DNA of 64,000 nucleotides from Yuukianura sp. NJ FZ-2021 (Eukaryota): NCBI GenBank assembly GCA_046563655.1, contig CM102289.1, positions 9,734,001 to 9,798,000 of the forward strand, read 5' to 3'. Shown piece by piece: positions 63,859 to 64,000 of this stretch (position 1 is its first letter; each line of letters starts with the position of its first letter). The notes under the pieces were generated by a model. It saw only the letters and a program-made list of their open reading frames with translations, ran no database searches and was not told where the DNA came from. The position numbers and the translations under genes were made by a program.

Positions 63859-64000
63859 GTTCGTAAATTTTTTCTTTAACAGGTTAGGCAATAAGTGAGT
63901 TTCTTTTATTCCTTTCCCCCAAAAATTGAAAAAATTAAACGACATCACAGTAGCTCTCGTTGCCTTGGCAATTTTAGCTCCGATTTATTTTTACTAATGT

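Overview
Eukaryotic, AT-rich animal genomic DNA with spliceosomal introns, most consistent with an arthropod-like invertebrate (species not determinable). There is no prokaryotic operon, rRNA or CRISPR array. The window has three zones. (1) 1-12 kb is non-coding, with short tandem and hairpin repeats. (2) About 12-32.5 kb is gene-dense with tiny introns: an intact orphan 415-aa ORF with ADP-ribosyltransferase-like motifs preceded by a decayed coding-like region, CDK7, DCAF12, a 740-bp hAT-type MITE, CCT3, an LRR protein, two tandem secreted and probably GPI-anchored single-DOMON genes, NDUFS4, FKBP8 and a two-HMG-box gene. (3) 33.7-64 kb is the 5' part of CSPG4/NG2 (kon-tiki/perdido-like), with a signal-peptide exon, a 23.8-kb first intron and laminin-G exons running off the end. 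The most notable observations are the ART-like orphan gene, an apparent non-canonical GA-AG intron in DCAF12, the AIR12-like DOMON pair with a fossil LRR exon marking the duplication, and duplicated splice acceptors in two genes. All exon structures were read by eye and family calls rest on remembered motifs; no database search was run.
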